Shown: piece by piece, positions 37,401 to 46,437 of the stretch
Layout of the letters: each line of letters opens with the position of its first letter
Position numbering within the stretch: the stretch's first letter is position 1
NCBI GenBank assembly: GCA_017629095.1
Contig: JAGBXW010000006.1
Span: 34,995-98,994, forward strand
DNA length: 64,000 bases
Reading direction: 5' to 3'
DNA from: Treponema sp.
Lineage (GTDB): Bacteria; Spirochaetota; Spirochaetia; Treponematales; Treponemataceae
Made by a program: the position numbers and the translations under genes
Notes under the pieces: generated by a model
Seen by the model: the letters and a program-made list of their open reading frames with translations, nothing else
The model's database searches: none
Told to the model about the DNA's origin: nothing

Positions 37401-40004
37401 AGAACGGCAGAGCTTGACTTGCGGCTGGAGCGAAGTGACCTTGCTTCTGGCGGCACCGCCCGATTATTCATCAAAGCCCCCTACGCTGGAAGTGGTTTGA
37501 TTACCATTGAGAGGGACAAGGTCTATAGCTGGAAGTGGTTTACCACTACGGAGCTTTCCAGTCAGCAGGTAATAGAGATTCCCAAGGGGCTGGAGGGTAA
37601 TGCCTACATCAATGTCATGTTCACCAGAGACTCCAATTCCCAAGAAATTTTCATGAGTCCCTTCTGTTATGGGACTGTTCCCTTCTCCATTGACCGAGCC
37701 AACAGAACCAATACCATCAACCTACAGGTTCCCGAGGAAGTAAAGTCTGGAGAGGAACTGAAAATTACCTATTCTGCCAGAGATCGAGGAAAGATTGTGC
37801 TTTATGCCGTGGACGAAGGTATCCTTCAGGTAGCAAATTATACCAATCCCAATCCTCTGTCATTTTTCTTCCAAAAACGGGCCTTGGAGGTTCGCACAGG
37901 ACAGCTTTTGGACTTGATTTTGCCAGACTACGAGATTCTTAAAACCATTCCCGCAGCTGGTGGTGGTGCCGGCATGGATGAGCTTGCCCGCAACTTAAAT
38001 CCCTTCAAGCGCAAGCAAAACAAGCCTGTGGCCTTCTGGTCAGGTGTTTTAGATTGTGGCCCAGAAGAAGCTACCGTTAGCTATGAGATTCCTTCTTATT
38101 TCAACGGTTCTATCAGGGTTATTGCTGTAGCTGTTTCTCCCAACACCATGGGAGTGGCCACCACCTCTGCCCTTGCCCGCAATACCTTTATCATCAATCC
38201 CAACACGCCCTTGGCGGTGGCTCCCGGTGACCAGTTTGATGTCAGTGTTACCGTTACCAATAATCACCGTGGCTCAGGAGATGCCAACAAGGTATTGCTT
38301 ACTGCCACACCAAGCACTCATCTTGAGATTGTAGGTGAAAAATCAGTGCAGCTTACCATTGCTGAAGGTAAGGATGCCACCACAACCTTTAAAGTAAAGG
38401 CCCGAGACACGCTGGGAGGTGGAGAAATCCTCTTTACCGCTCAAGATGCCCAGGAAAAGTCAGTATATGCTGCCACCATGAGCATCCGTCCTTCCATGCC
38501 TTATCAAACATGGATTGAGTCTGGCAAGAGCGACAAGAAATCTGCTGAATTGGCAGTGGAACATAAAACCTACGAGGAATATGCCCAGCGTCAGGTGAGC
38601 CTTTCTTTCATGCCCACAGCATTTTCCAAGGGATTTAACTTCTATCTGCAGAATTATCCCTACGGCTGCTCCGAGCAAATTACTAGTAAGGCCTATCCCT
38701 ATGTCTGTGGCTTGGAAGATTCTGTTTTGGGAGTCAGTTCAGAGGAATACCAAGGCCTTGTAAATGAAACCATTGCCATCCTTCAGTCCCGCATGATGTC
38801 AGACGGTCACATTGGTTACTGGACAAATAAGAGTCCTGTGGACAATCAGGTTACCATCTATTGTGCCGAATTCTTAACCGATGCCCAAAAGAATGGCTAC
38901 TACGTTCCTTCCTCCTTCTTGTCTAAGGTGCTTTCTGCTGTGGAAGACATTGCCTCAAGTTCAGCCACAAGCTCAGGAGCAAGCTATGCCCAGTCCCTAG
39001 ACCGAGCCTATGCCATCTATGTTCTTACCAAAAACGAAATTGTCACCACTCCCTTTATTGAATCCCTAGAGCGAGACATGAAGGAACAAAAGAGTGCTTT
39101 GTCAGAATATCCAGCACTCTATCTTGCTGCAAGCTATGCAATGCTTCAGCAAAGTGACAAGGCCGAAAAGCTGGTGCGTCAGGTAAAGCCCTCCATGAAG
39201 TTTGACTCATCCTGGGCCTACCACAACGACCTGCACTATGTGGCAACCTATCTTGATATTCTTTCTCAGTACTTCCCTCACCGCATCAAGGATCAACATT
39301 CCCAGTTGCTGGAAACCTTCTGTGAGTATATTGATTCTATGTACTACAATACCTATTCCACTGCTGCTGCCTGCCGTGCTTTGGCCAGTTTTGCCTCCAT
39401 GGCAGAAGGAGAACAGGACAAGTTTTCTGTTCAAGAGCAGGTGGGTAAGGAAAAGTCAGACTTGTCCCTTGAAGGAGAAGCCACCTTACAGGCAACCTTC
39501 TCCAAGGCTGCAGAAAAGCTGATTTTCAGCAACAAGTCCGACTTACCCATGTATTATCAGCTAGTGCAGGGAGGCTATGAGCTGGAAATTCCTAAAAACC
39601 AGATAAAAGATGGCCTTGAAGTGCATCGAGAATACCTTAGCTTGGATGGCAAAAAGCTTTCTTCCATCAAGTTGGGAGACGAGATTTTAGTAAAGCTTTC
39701 TTTTAGAAGTACCAAGGAAGGTTACATCAACAATGTTGCCATCATTGACCTGCAACCTGCAGGACTGGAAGCCAATATTCAGTCAGTGCGGGATCATAAG
39801 GGAAGCTGGAAGAGTGACTACGTGGATGTCCGTGAAGACCGAGTAGTACTGTACGGTACCGTTACCGACAAGATTTCTACCTTCACCTACAGGGCTCGGG
39901 CTATAAACACTGGAACCTTTGTGGTGCCCCCCATGTTCGCTGAATCCAGGTATAACAAGGATATCCGTGGACTAAGCCCCCAGTCTCCCATTGTCATTGA
40001 ATAG
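34434..40004 (+). CDS. bacterial alpha-2-macroglobulin-family lipoprotein (thioester type)
   Basis: About 1856 aa. 'MKKIVFWISTICMVQLLFLAC' gives a signal plus lipobox-like Cys. 'NYPYGCSEQITSKAYP' matches the CxEQ thioester site (E. coli YfhM/ECAM has YPYGCLEQ). It is immediately followed by pbpC. The start is the ATG at 34434, with GGAGG 8 nt upstream. Confidence 0.9.
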   Translation: MKKIVFWISTICMVQLLFLACAKQEKITVDYRSYAPDMDYRLTEPDQLTVSFKGSVAKLEDMEKEALEEGLISIEPAIKGSWHWDTDTDLVFTPLEDWQLATRYKVKFSSELFPEHITVKNEFSFTTSGFILSINEPDFYIDPENPSVKRVTFGLKGSHPLATETVEKAVSMKLELLNEKGAVVSTKDYAFEISYNDTGTVAYVISEPVEMPIRTSIMKITVAGGIKSLRGGSASKKMEASVDIPGMSDYVRITSIGHALVQNQQQNYDQVLTVETKGSIAGEEIAENITVWQLPVNRATEQGWKESKNHHWSVQEVTDLALSQSQKIPVHLIPTEEKHATLNSFTFDAEPNRYLYVKISGDLDFLGGYKYSDTYETIVRVKEYPTELGILSEGTILSLAGSKKMALYSRGVSEVEYSLSRIMPKDVNHLVSMSNQNMKNFEFSSYNFDEDNISETITSRYVVPDASKEEISYFSYDFSNQLKNDPARNLKNGLFIFEAKQYKGNISDKRFILVTDLGFFVKRNSDLSYDVFVQSIATGRPVPNATVRVIGLNGNTLVSTRASSDGHAHLPSLTNYRDEHSPTAFIVETANDLSFMPYSQRGRTLDYSNFDVGGVYGATEATKVSAYMFSDRGMYRPGDTVNLGLIVKSGDWNLNLRGLPLELVVTDSSGSTLYSHQLQLSDAGFEEVSFSTREYSPTGLYVANLYLLKEMSNGDIRREYLADCSVKVEEFLPDTLTLSAGFEPLPKEGWINPGDLTGTISLKNLFGTPAAGNEVKAQLFLTPGFPNLRAYKDYRFADPYSRDNSYQEFLGSASTNDKGQAEFTIDLQKFQQATYRMEFYVEAFEKGSGRSVTQQSSLYVSPLQHLIGYKADGDLSYINSGSKRKVDFIAIDQALEKIAVNDLTLTLEEKRYVSTLMKQPNGLYKYQSVQKKYPLEQKQIAIPQEGLEYYLPTDKDGEFVLTISDKEGLVYNSFSYSVVGSQNIARSLTRTAELDLRLERSDLASGGTARLFIKAPYAGSGLITIERDKVYSWKWFTTTELSSQQVIEIPKGLEGNAYINVMFTRDSNSQEIFMSPFCYGTVPFSIDRANRTNTINLQVPEEVKSGEELKITYSARDRGKIVLYAVDEGILQVANYTNPNPLSFFFQKRALEVRTGQLLDLILPDYEILKTIPAAGGGAGMDELARNLNPFKRKQNKPVAFWSGVLDCGPEEATVSYEIPSYFNGSIRVIAVAVSPNTMGVATTSALARNTFIINPNTPLAVAPGDQFDVSVTVTNNHRGSGDANKVLLTATPSTHLEIVGEKSVQLTIAEGKDATTTFKVKARDTLGGGEILFTAQDAQEKSVYAATMSIRPSMPYQTWIESGKSDKKSAELAVEHKTYEEYAQRQVSLSFMPTAFSKGFNFYLQNYPYGCSEQITSKAYPYVCGLEDSVLGVSSEEYQGLVNETIAILQSRMMSDGHIGYWTNKSPVDNQVTIYCAEFLTDAQKNGYYVPSSFLSKVLSAVEDIASSSATSSGASYAQSLDRAYAIYVLTKNEIVTTPFIESLERDMKEQKSALSEYPALYLAASYAMLQQSDKAEKLVRQVKPSMKFDSSWAYHNDLHYVATYLDILSQYFPHRIKDQHSQLLETFCEYIDSMYYNTYSTAAACRALASFASMAEGEQDKFSVQEQVGKEKSDLSLEGEATLQATFSKAAEKLIFSNKSDLPMYYQLVQGGYELEIPKNQIKDGLEVHREYLSLDGKKLSSIKLGDEILVKLSFRSTKEGYINNVAIIDLQPAGLEANIQSVRDHKGSWKSDYVDVREDRVVLYGTVTDKISTFTYRARAINTGTFVVPPMFAESRYNKDIRGLSPQSPIVIE

Positions 40005-40013
40005 GATTTCTTC

Positions 40014-42359
40014 ATGACAAAAAGAAAAGCGCTCCTTCTCCTGATTTTCGGAGGAGGAGCTTTATTGGCTATGGTGGCTGGCCTTGTGCAAGTGGTGGTA
40101 ACGGCAACAACAGGAGATATTCTAGAGGATATAGAATTTTCTCGAGCCTACACCGACAAAGAAGGCCAGCTTTTACAAGTTTTTCTCACCTCTGACCACA
40201 AGTACCGCATCTACCGTCCCTTGTCGGACTTTCCTCCCGACTTTGTAGAAGCCTTGTTGCTCCAGGAAGATCGCTATTTTTATAGCCATCATGGAGTTAA
40301 CCCTGTAGCTCTTTTTCGGGCCTTTTGGGAAACCTATGTGATAAAAAGTCGCCGTATAGGAGCTTCTACCATTACCATGCAAACAGCTCGCCTCAAATAC
40401 GGCATTTACACAAAATCTATTGTAGGGAAGCTACGACAAATTTTTTCTGCCCTGTATTTGGAGTTGTGTTTTTCCAAACAAGAAATTCTTGAAGCCTACG
40501 TAAACCTTGCTCCCTGTGGAGGCAATATTGAAGGGTTTGAAACTGGTAGCTGGTTTTATTTTGGCAAGGAGGTTCAAAATCTGGGGCTTACAGAAAGCCT
40601 CATGCTCTGTGTTCTTCCCCAAAATCCCACCAAGCGGGCGCCTTCTCCCACCAACACTCCACGAGAGTTGCTAGAAGCCCGCCAGCGCCTTTTTCAAGCA
40701 TGGGTAGAATACCATCCTCAGGATCAGGACAAGGCGGTGTATATGGACATGAGGATAAGCACTATCTGCCAAATGCCCAATCAGGCCCGCCACTTTACAG
40801 AAATGCTAAATATCCAGCTTGCCCAAGAAGAGCCTCGGCAGCCAATTCGAACCACCCTCAATTCTACAATCCAGCAACAATGTCAAGAATTATTTCACTC
40901 TTATTTGAGCCAGCATGGTTCCTTGGGGGTGAATAACGGAGCTTTTTTGTTGGTGGACTGGAAAGAAATGGAGGTGGTGGCTAATCTTGGTTCCGCTGAT
41001 TACTACAATGATGCTATTCAAGGACAGGTAAATGCCACCACCTCCAAGCGTTCCCCTGGCTCCACCCTCAAGCCCTTCATTTATGCCCTAGCACTGGAGC
41101 AGGGACTGATTCACTATCGCACCATGCTGAAAGATACACCCGTCACCTTCAATGAATATGCCCCCGACAACTACGGCAGTGTTTTCAAGGGGCCAGTACA
41201 GGCGTGGTATGCCTTGGCAGATAGTAGAAATATTCCTGCCGTTGCCTTGAACCGAGACCTGAAGCAGCGTGATCTGTACGATTTTCTTATAGAAGCGGGA
41301 ATTACAGGTCTCAAAGAACGAGAACACTATGGCCTTTCACTGGTGCTGGGTACTGGAGATGTTACCATGATGGAGCTTGCTTCTCTTTATGGGATCTTGG
41401 CCAACAACGGAATCTACAAGGACATACACTCCATTTACACAGCAAAAAAATCTCCCGGTCGCCCCCTTCTTTCAGCAGAAAGTGCCTTCATCGTAAAGAA
41501 AATGCTGGAAGCAAATGTTCCCCCCTACCAAAATCGTCCCCAAGAGGTGGCAGATATTCCCATTGGCTACAAAACAGGTACCTCCATCGGTTTCAAGGAC
41601 AGCTGGAGTGTGGGCATTTTCGACCGCTATATTCTGTGTGTCTGGATAGGTAATTTTGATGGTCACGGCAACAATGCCTTTTTAGGCCGAAGGATGGCCG
41701 CTCCCCTTATGTTCAACATGGCCTATAGTCTTTTGTCAAATATTCCCAAGAATCAGCAGACAAGCTATGAACGGCCTCAAAATGTGAAAAATATCGATGT
41801 GTGCAGTGTTTCCGGTGGTCTTCCCAATCCCCATTGTCCCCAAACCGAGTATGCTTGGTTTATTCCAGGTATTTCTCCCATCACTACCTGCAAGATTCAC
41901 CGTCAGGTTTACATTGATACACGAACAGGCTACCGCACCAACCAACGGGACAAGGACTATGTGGCAACCATTGTGCGGGAGTTCTGGCCCAGTGACTTGC
42001 AGCAGCTTTTTGCCCTGGCTGGCTTGCCTCGCCTTGTTCCACCAGACTATCCTCCAGAGGAATACCATCTTGACTATCTTAAACAAGGCTATCCTCCAGA
42101 AATCATCTCTCCCCTCACTGGATCTGACTATCTGTTTCGTTCCAGCGATACTAGCAGAAATACCATCCTCCTGTGCGCCACTGCCGACGCAGATACCACC
42201 GAAATCCTGTGGTTTTCCGGAGTAAACTTTATTGGCCGCAGTAAACCTGGTGAATCAATCGAATGGAAGCCCCAGCCTGGCACCTATCAGATTACTGCTA
42301 CCGACACAAAAGGCCGCTCCAGCACCCTTCAAGTAACTATTCTGGAGTTTGTAGAATAA
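40014..42359 (+). CDS. pbpC: penicillin-binding protein 1C (bifunctional GT51/transpeptidase-fold)
   Basis: GT51 motifs 'EDRYFYSHHGVN', 'GASTITMQ' and 'KQEILEAYVNLAPCGGNIEG'. TP motifs STLK ('PGSTLKP'), SRN and KTGTS. The C-terminal ~90-aa extension is typical of PBP1C. Confidence 0.9.
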   Translation: MTKRKALLLLIFGGGALLAMVAGLVQVVVTATTGDILEDIEFSRAYTDKEGQLLQVFLTSDHKYRIYRPLSDFPPDFVEALLLQEDRYFYSHHGVNPVALFRAFWETYVIKSRRIGASTITMQTARLKYGIYTKSIVGKLRQIFSALYLELCFSKQEILEAYVNLAPCGGNIEGFETGSWFYFGKEVQNLGLTESLMLCVLPQNPTKRAPSPTNTPRELLEARQRLFQAWVEYHPQDQDKAVYMDMRISTICQMPNQARHFTEMLNIQLAQEEPRQPIRTTLNSTIQQQCQELFHSYLSQHGSLGVNNGAFLLVDWKEMEVVANLGSADYYNDAIQGQVNATTSKRSPGSTLKPFIYALALEQGLIHYRTMLKDTPVTFNEYAPDNYGSVFKGPVQAWYALADSRNIPAVALNRDLKQRDLYDFLIEAGITGLKEREHYGLSLVLGTGDVTMMELASLYGILANNGIYKDIHSIYTAKKSPGRPLLSAESAFIVKKMLEANVPPYQNRPQEVADIPIGYKTGTSIGFKDSWSVGIFDRYILCVWIGNFDGHGNNAFLGRRMAAPLMFNMAYSLLSNIPKNQQTSYERPQNVKNIDVCSVSGGLPNPHCPQTEYAWFIPGISPITTCKIHRQVYIDTRTGYRTNQRDKDYVATIVREFWPSDLQQLFALAGLPRLVPPDYPPEEYHLDYLKQGYPPEIISPLTGSDYLFRSSDTSRNTILLCATADADTTEILWFSGVNFIGRSKPGESIEWKPQPGTYQITATDTKGRSSTLQVTILEFVE

Positions 42360-42409
42360 TTTTAGTTTTTTTAATTATTGATGGTAGGTGGATTTTCATT
42401 TCCATCTAC

Positions 42410-43672
42410 CTAAAGTAATTCTTCCAAAATCTTGTTCAAGAACAAAAGCCCTTCCTTTGTCATGGAATAGCCACAAAAACCGTCATCCTCTTCCAGTTTT
42501 TTCATCCACCCCTGCTGAACAAATCCATCAAAGGTAGCAGCTTCAAGTTTTTTACCAAATCGATGATAATATTCAAAGCCACTAATACCTTTTTTCATCC
42601 TTAGACCCAACATTACATATTCAAAGGCAAGGGTATCCTGATCAAGCTGTTCCCATTCGCACGGCATTGCTTGTAAAAGCTCAACAAATTTTTTCCAGTT
42701 CCAATCTTGAATTACTGTGTGATTCAAATGAATTTTTTCAGCCTCATCACTGGCTAGTCTATTCCAAAAATCTATATATTGTTGAATATTCGTTGTATTA
42801 GTATATCGAAAGCCATCCCGAAAAACTCCCAGAGTATTTTGATGGTACAGGCTTCCCGCTCCCCCTGCTCCCAATCCTAAATAAGAGTTTTGCTTCCAAT
42901 AGGCACTATTGTGGCGACTTTCCTGTCCAGGGGGAGCAAAATTAGACACTTCATACTGAATGTACCCAGCTGCTTCTAAAAAATCACGTCCTAAAATCCA
43001 TTGTTTGTCCGCCTCATCTGCCTCCCAAGGAAGTTTCCCCCCCTCAATCTGATGATACAGTTTTGTTCCTTCCACTACAGTTAGGGAATACATTGAAATA
43101 TGGTACGGCTTATAAGAAACAACTTCTTGTAAGGAAGCTAGAAAATCTTGATTTGCTTCTTCTGTTAACTCCTGACCCGGTAACCCCGCAATAAAATCGG
43201 TACAAAAGGTCAAACCACTTTTTGCTATTAAATCTAAAGCGTGCCGAGCCTTTGTAGCAGTACAACAACGGCCTACACAAGATAACACATCATCGTTCAA
43301 ACTTTGAATTCCCATGGAAATCCGATTTATACCAAAAATTTTGGCTGTTTCTAACAAGTTTTCTGTTACACTTTCAGGATTTACCTCAAAGGTTACCTCT
43401 GCTCCATCTGCCAAAAAACTTTGAATCCTTTCCATGATTTTTGCTATTTGTTCACAAGATAAAAGACTGGGAGTACCACCACCAAAGTACACAGTCTCAA
43501 GTTTTTGAACTAATCCTAAACTTACAAACCAATTAAATTGATTCAAAACTGCTTGAACATACTGGTCAGACACTCCCACTGCTGGAAAAGAAAAAAAATC
43601 ACAATAGGAACACTTAGATCCACAATATGGAATGTGAATATATAAGGAGGAAATAGAAAGGATATTTTTCAT
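42410..43672 (-). CDS. hemW: radical SAM heme chaperone HemW / oxygen-independent coproporphyrinogen-III oxidase-like protein
   Basis: 'LYIHIPYCGSKCSYCDF' (CxxxCxxC), 'GGGTPS', and the HemN_C-like C-terminus. Confidence 0.85.
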   Translation of the reverse strand: MKNILSISSLYIHIPYCGSKCSYCDFFSFPAVGVSDQYVQAVLNQFNWFVSLGLVQKLETVYFGGGTPSLLSCEQIAKIMERIQSFLADGAEVTFEVNPESVTENLLETAKIFGINRISMGIQSLNDDVLSCVGRCCTATKARHALDLIAKSGLTFCTDFIAGLPGQELTEEANQDFLASLQEVVSYKPYHISMYSLTVVEGTKLYHQIEGGKLPWEADEADKQWILGRDFLEAAGYIQYEVSNFAPPGQESRHNSAYWKQNSYLGLGAGGAGSLYHQNTLGVFRDGFRYTNTTNIQQYIDFWNRLASDEAEKIHLNHTVIQDWNWKKFVELLQAMPCEWEQLDQDTLAFEYVMLGLRMKKGISGFEYYHRFGKKLEAATFDGFVQQGWMKKLEEDDGFCGYSMTKEGLLFLNKILEELL

Positions 43673-43708
43673 AGTTCTGTTACGAAATTTTACAAACAGC
43701 TAAAGAAA

Positions 43709-44407
43709 TTACAGGCCACCAAATCCGGTAAAGGGAAAGTACTGAAACAAAGCCTTACCTGCAATCTTATTTTTAGGAATTACACCCCAGATACGAGAAT
43801 CTATCCCCACTGTTCTGTTATCACATAAAAGGAAGTATTCGCCAGTACCCAAAGTCACTTCTTCCATAGTACCAGCTGCTCCCATAATATTGTCCCACCC
43901 CACTGGAAGCCCCCGTACATTTATATCATAAGATACATCTGTAAGTTCAAATTCTGTAAGAAAATGACTATTACCCGCAGGCTTAATGTACAAGATATAG
44001 TCCTTCATATAGAGGGTATCTCCAGGCAAGCCTACAACACGGCGCAATACATTTCCTTCTGCAACAGCATTATCTCCACTACGAAAGGCTTGTAATTGCT
44101 GAAAAGTTATAAACGAGATGAACTTACTGGCAAAAGATGAAAAAGCCCCTAGTTTTTCTTTTAACTGAGGTTTTAAAACTACAGGACTTCCTCGTTCTAC
44201 TGAACCAATGGGAGAAACTAAAATAAGCCCCCCATGTTTCACTCTTGGTAACATGGAATCAGATTTTACAACTACAGGAAAAAACAAAAATCTAAAAATT
44301 AAGGTATTTAATCCAAAAATTAAAAGAAATAATCCTACAAAAAAAAGAATTGTGTTTCTTAATTTTTTTCTCTCTTTATATGAAAACTCGTAAACGGAAC
44401 GTCCCAT
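43709..44407 (-). CDS. lepB: signal peptidase I
   Basis: An N-terminal TM helix, 'VKSDSMLP' (catalytic Ser box), 'RVVGLPGDTL' and 'GDNRTVGIDSRIWGVIPKNKIAGKA'. Confidence 0.9.
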   Translation of the reverse strand: MGRSVYEFSYKERKKLRNTILFFVGLFLLIFGLNTLIFRFLFFPVVVKSDSMLPRVKHGGLILVSPIGSVERGSPVVLKPQLKEKLGAFSSFASKFISFITFQQLQAFRSGDNAVAEGNVLRRVVGLPGDTLYMKDYILYIKPAGNSHFLTEFELTDVSYDINVRGLPVGWDNIMGAAGTMEEVTLGTGEYFLLCDNRTVGIDSRIWGVIPKNKIAGKALFQYFPFTGFGGL

Positions 44408-44486
44408 GGTAGCAGAATACCATAATTTTTTCTACAGTGCAAGATACCGTCTTTTTTTCTTCACAGGTATCTAAAAAAATGGCAAT

Positions 44487-45245
44487 TTACTTATCATCTC
44501 CACCAATTTCTGCCCAAGCCATAGCTGCAGCAGCTTGCTCTGCTTCCTTCTTGCTTTTTCCCTTAGCTGGGCCATAGGTTACTGGTCCTAATTTTACAGA
44601 AATCCAGAAGGTTCTGTCATGATCAGGGCCTGTTCGCTTTACCATCACATATTCTGGACATGCTTTGTGGAGTTTTTGGTAGTGTTCCTGTAAAAGTGTC
44701 TTATAGTCACGATGATGTTTATTTTGCAATACTTTTTCTATTTCAGGTACAATAAGCCGTAATACTAAACCTTCTGCTGCTTGGTACCCTGAGTCTAAAT
44801 AATAAGCCCCGATAATTGCTTCTAAAGCATCTGCAAGAATGGCTTTTTTTTCTCGTCCTCCGGAAAGTTCTTCCCCCTTTCCTAAAACAAGACATTTTGA
44901 CACACCAATAGCCTTTGCAATAGGTGCAAGGGTACTTTCAGATACCACAACAGATTTGATTCTAGCCAAATCTCCTTCAGGTTTTTCTAGCATAGATTCA
45001 TACAAATAAGTTGCTGTCGCCATGCCCAAAACCGCATCCCCAAGGAATTCTAGCCGTTCATTATTGTATCGTTGATTTTCAACTCCATTTTCATTGGAAA
45101 AGGAACGATGATGTAATGCTAAATCAAGCAACAACAAATCATTGAATAATATTGAATTTCGTTTTGAAAATTCAACTAAAAGATTCTTTCTTTGGGGAGG
45201 TAATTTACCTGTATTTAAGATTAAACTAGAAATTTTTTTTAGCAT
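44487..45245 (-). CDS. rnc: ribonuclease III
   Basis: The 'NERLEFLGDAVLG' signature, 'LADALEAIIGAYYLD' and a C-terminal dsRBD ('GPDHDRTF...GKSKKEAEQAAA'). Confidence 0.96.
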   Translation of the reverse strand: MLKKISSLILNTGKLPPQRKNLLVEFSKRNSILFNDLLLLDLALHHRSFSNENGVENQRYNNERLEFLGDAVLGMATATYLYESMLEKPEGDLARIKSVVVSESTLAPIAKAIGVSKCLVLGKGEELSGGREKKAILADALEAIIGAYYLDSGYQAAEGLVLRLIVPEIEKVLQNKHHRDYKTLLQEHYQKLHKACPEYVMVKRTGPDHDRTFWISVKLGPVTYGPAKGKSKKEAEQAAAAMAWAEIGGDDK

Positions 45246-45306
45246 ATTAAAAAAATAAGGGTGTCATCCAAAAATCTGGATAAACACCCCTTTCAGTTAC
45301 TGAGCC

Positions 45307-45543
45307 TTATGCCTGCTGAGACTTAATGTACTCGTAAGCATCCCGAACGGTTTCAAAGCCATTAGCTACATCATCAGGAATCTTAACACCAAGTGCCTCT
45401 TCAATAGCATATACCAACTCATAGGTATCCAAGCTATCAGCGTGCAAATCCTGGCGGAATGATGAGTCAAGAGTAACCTTGTCCTCTTCAACACCCAGAT
45501 TCTCTACGATAAGTCCTTTAATCTTCTCAAACAACTCGTCCAT
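45307..45543 (-). CDS. acpP: acyl carrier protein
   Basis: 78 aa with the 'DLHADSLDTYELV' phosphopantetheine-attachment motif. Confidence 0.93.
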   Translation of the reverse strand: MDELFEKIKGLIVENLGVEEDKVTLDSSFRQDLHADSLDTYELVYAIEEALGVKIPDDVANGFETVRDAYEYIKSQQA

Positions 45544-45556
45544 GATTCACTCCTCT

Positions 45557-45742
45557 TTAGTTACTTTCAGGTGTAATTACCTGACGGCCCTTGTAAAATC
45601 CGCACTTGGGACATACACGGTGCTGCATTGTAAGGTTTCCGCAATTGCTGCACTCTACAAGATTAGGAGCAGTCAACTTCATGTTAATGCCCTGTCGTCT
45701 GCGTGTGCGAGCTTTTGACGTTTTCGCTCTAGGTACTGCCAT
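45557..45742 (-). CDS. rpmF: 50S ribosomal protein L32
   Basis: 'MAVPRAKTSKARTRRRQ' and the CxxC...CxxC ribbon ('CSNCG...CPKCG'). Confidence 0.95.
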   Translation of the reverse strand: MAVPRAKTSKARTRRRQGINMKLTAPNLVECSNCGNLTMQHRVCPKCGFYKGRQVITPESN

Positions 45743-45816
45743 ATATCAACCTCTCAATATAATTTGTGATTTTATACCTAGTTAAGATACTATATTTTTC
45801 CCTAGGCTGTCAATGC

Positions 45817-45844
45817 ATTATACCATTTAAACAGTTTTTGTCAA
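45817..45844 (-). promoter_or_regulatory. near-consensus sigma-70 promoter for rpmF-acpP-rnc
   Basis: Minus strand: TTGACA (45844-39), a 16-nt spacer ending in TGG, then TATAAT (45822-17). Confidence 0.7.
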
Positions 45845-45904
45845 CGGTAAAATGACATTTTTTGTTCAAATGTCAGAAAAAAAAAGTATCCTACTAAATT
45901 ATTT

Positions 45905-46384
45905 TTATAATTGTAATCTTTTTGAGACTTGTTCCAACACTAAAGGAGGAACCATAGTGGAAATATCTCCTCCAAAAAGAGCCAATTCTTTTATAGAACT
46001 AGAACTCAAAATAAAATATTTAGGATCTGTAGGAATAAAAACTGTTTCTATGTCTACTGCTAATCCTCGATTCATCAAGGCAAGATCAAATTCATAAGAA
46101 AAATCACTGATGTTTCTCACTCCCCTCACCAGGATCTTAGCATCACATTTTTTAGCATAATCAACAATCAATTTATCCCAAATACTAACTTTTACATTGC
46201 TCCATTGCTTTGTTAGCTGTTGCAACATATCCAATCTTTCATCAGAAGTAAACATGCAGTTCTTTCCTTTATTTAGTGCAACTACCACATGTAATTCTTC
46301 AAAAATATTCTTTGCTCGCTCAATTATATTCATATGACCATAAGTTGGAGGGTCAAATGTACCGGCAAAAATGGCTGTTTTCAT
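45905..46384 (-). CDS. coaD: phosphopantetheine adenylyltransferase
   Basis: 'AIFAGTFDPPTYGHMNIIERA' (T/HxGH motif) and 'ISSSSIKE'. Confidence 0.94.
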   Translation of the reverse strand: MKTAIFAGTFDPPTYGHMNIIERAKNIFEELHVVVALNKGKNCMFTSDERLDMLQQLTKQWSNVKVSIWDKLIVDYAKKCDAKILVRGVRNISDFSYEFDLALMNRGLAVDIETVFIPTDPKYFILSSSSIKELALFGGDISTMVPPLVLEQVSKRLQL

Positions 46385-46437
46385 AATCTTACGATATTAT
46401 ATTTGACCAAAAAGGTAAAGAGTGATAAAGTTACAGT

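Noticed and set aside
42383-42410. A hairpin GGTAGGTGG...CCATCTACC between convergent pbpC and hemW.
   Set aside because: No T-run follows it on either strand, and it overlaps the hemW stop codon. This is not enough to call a terminator.
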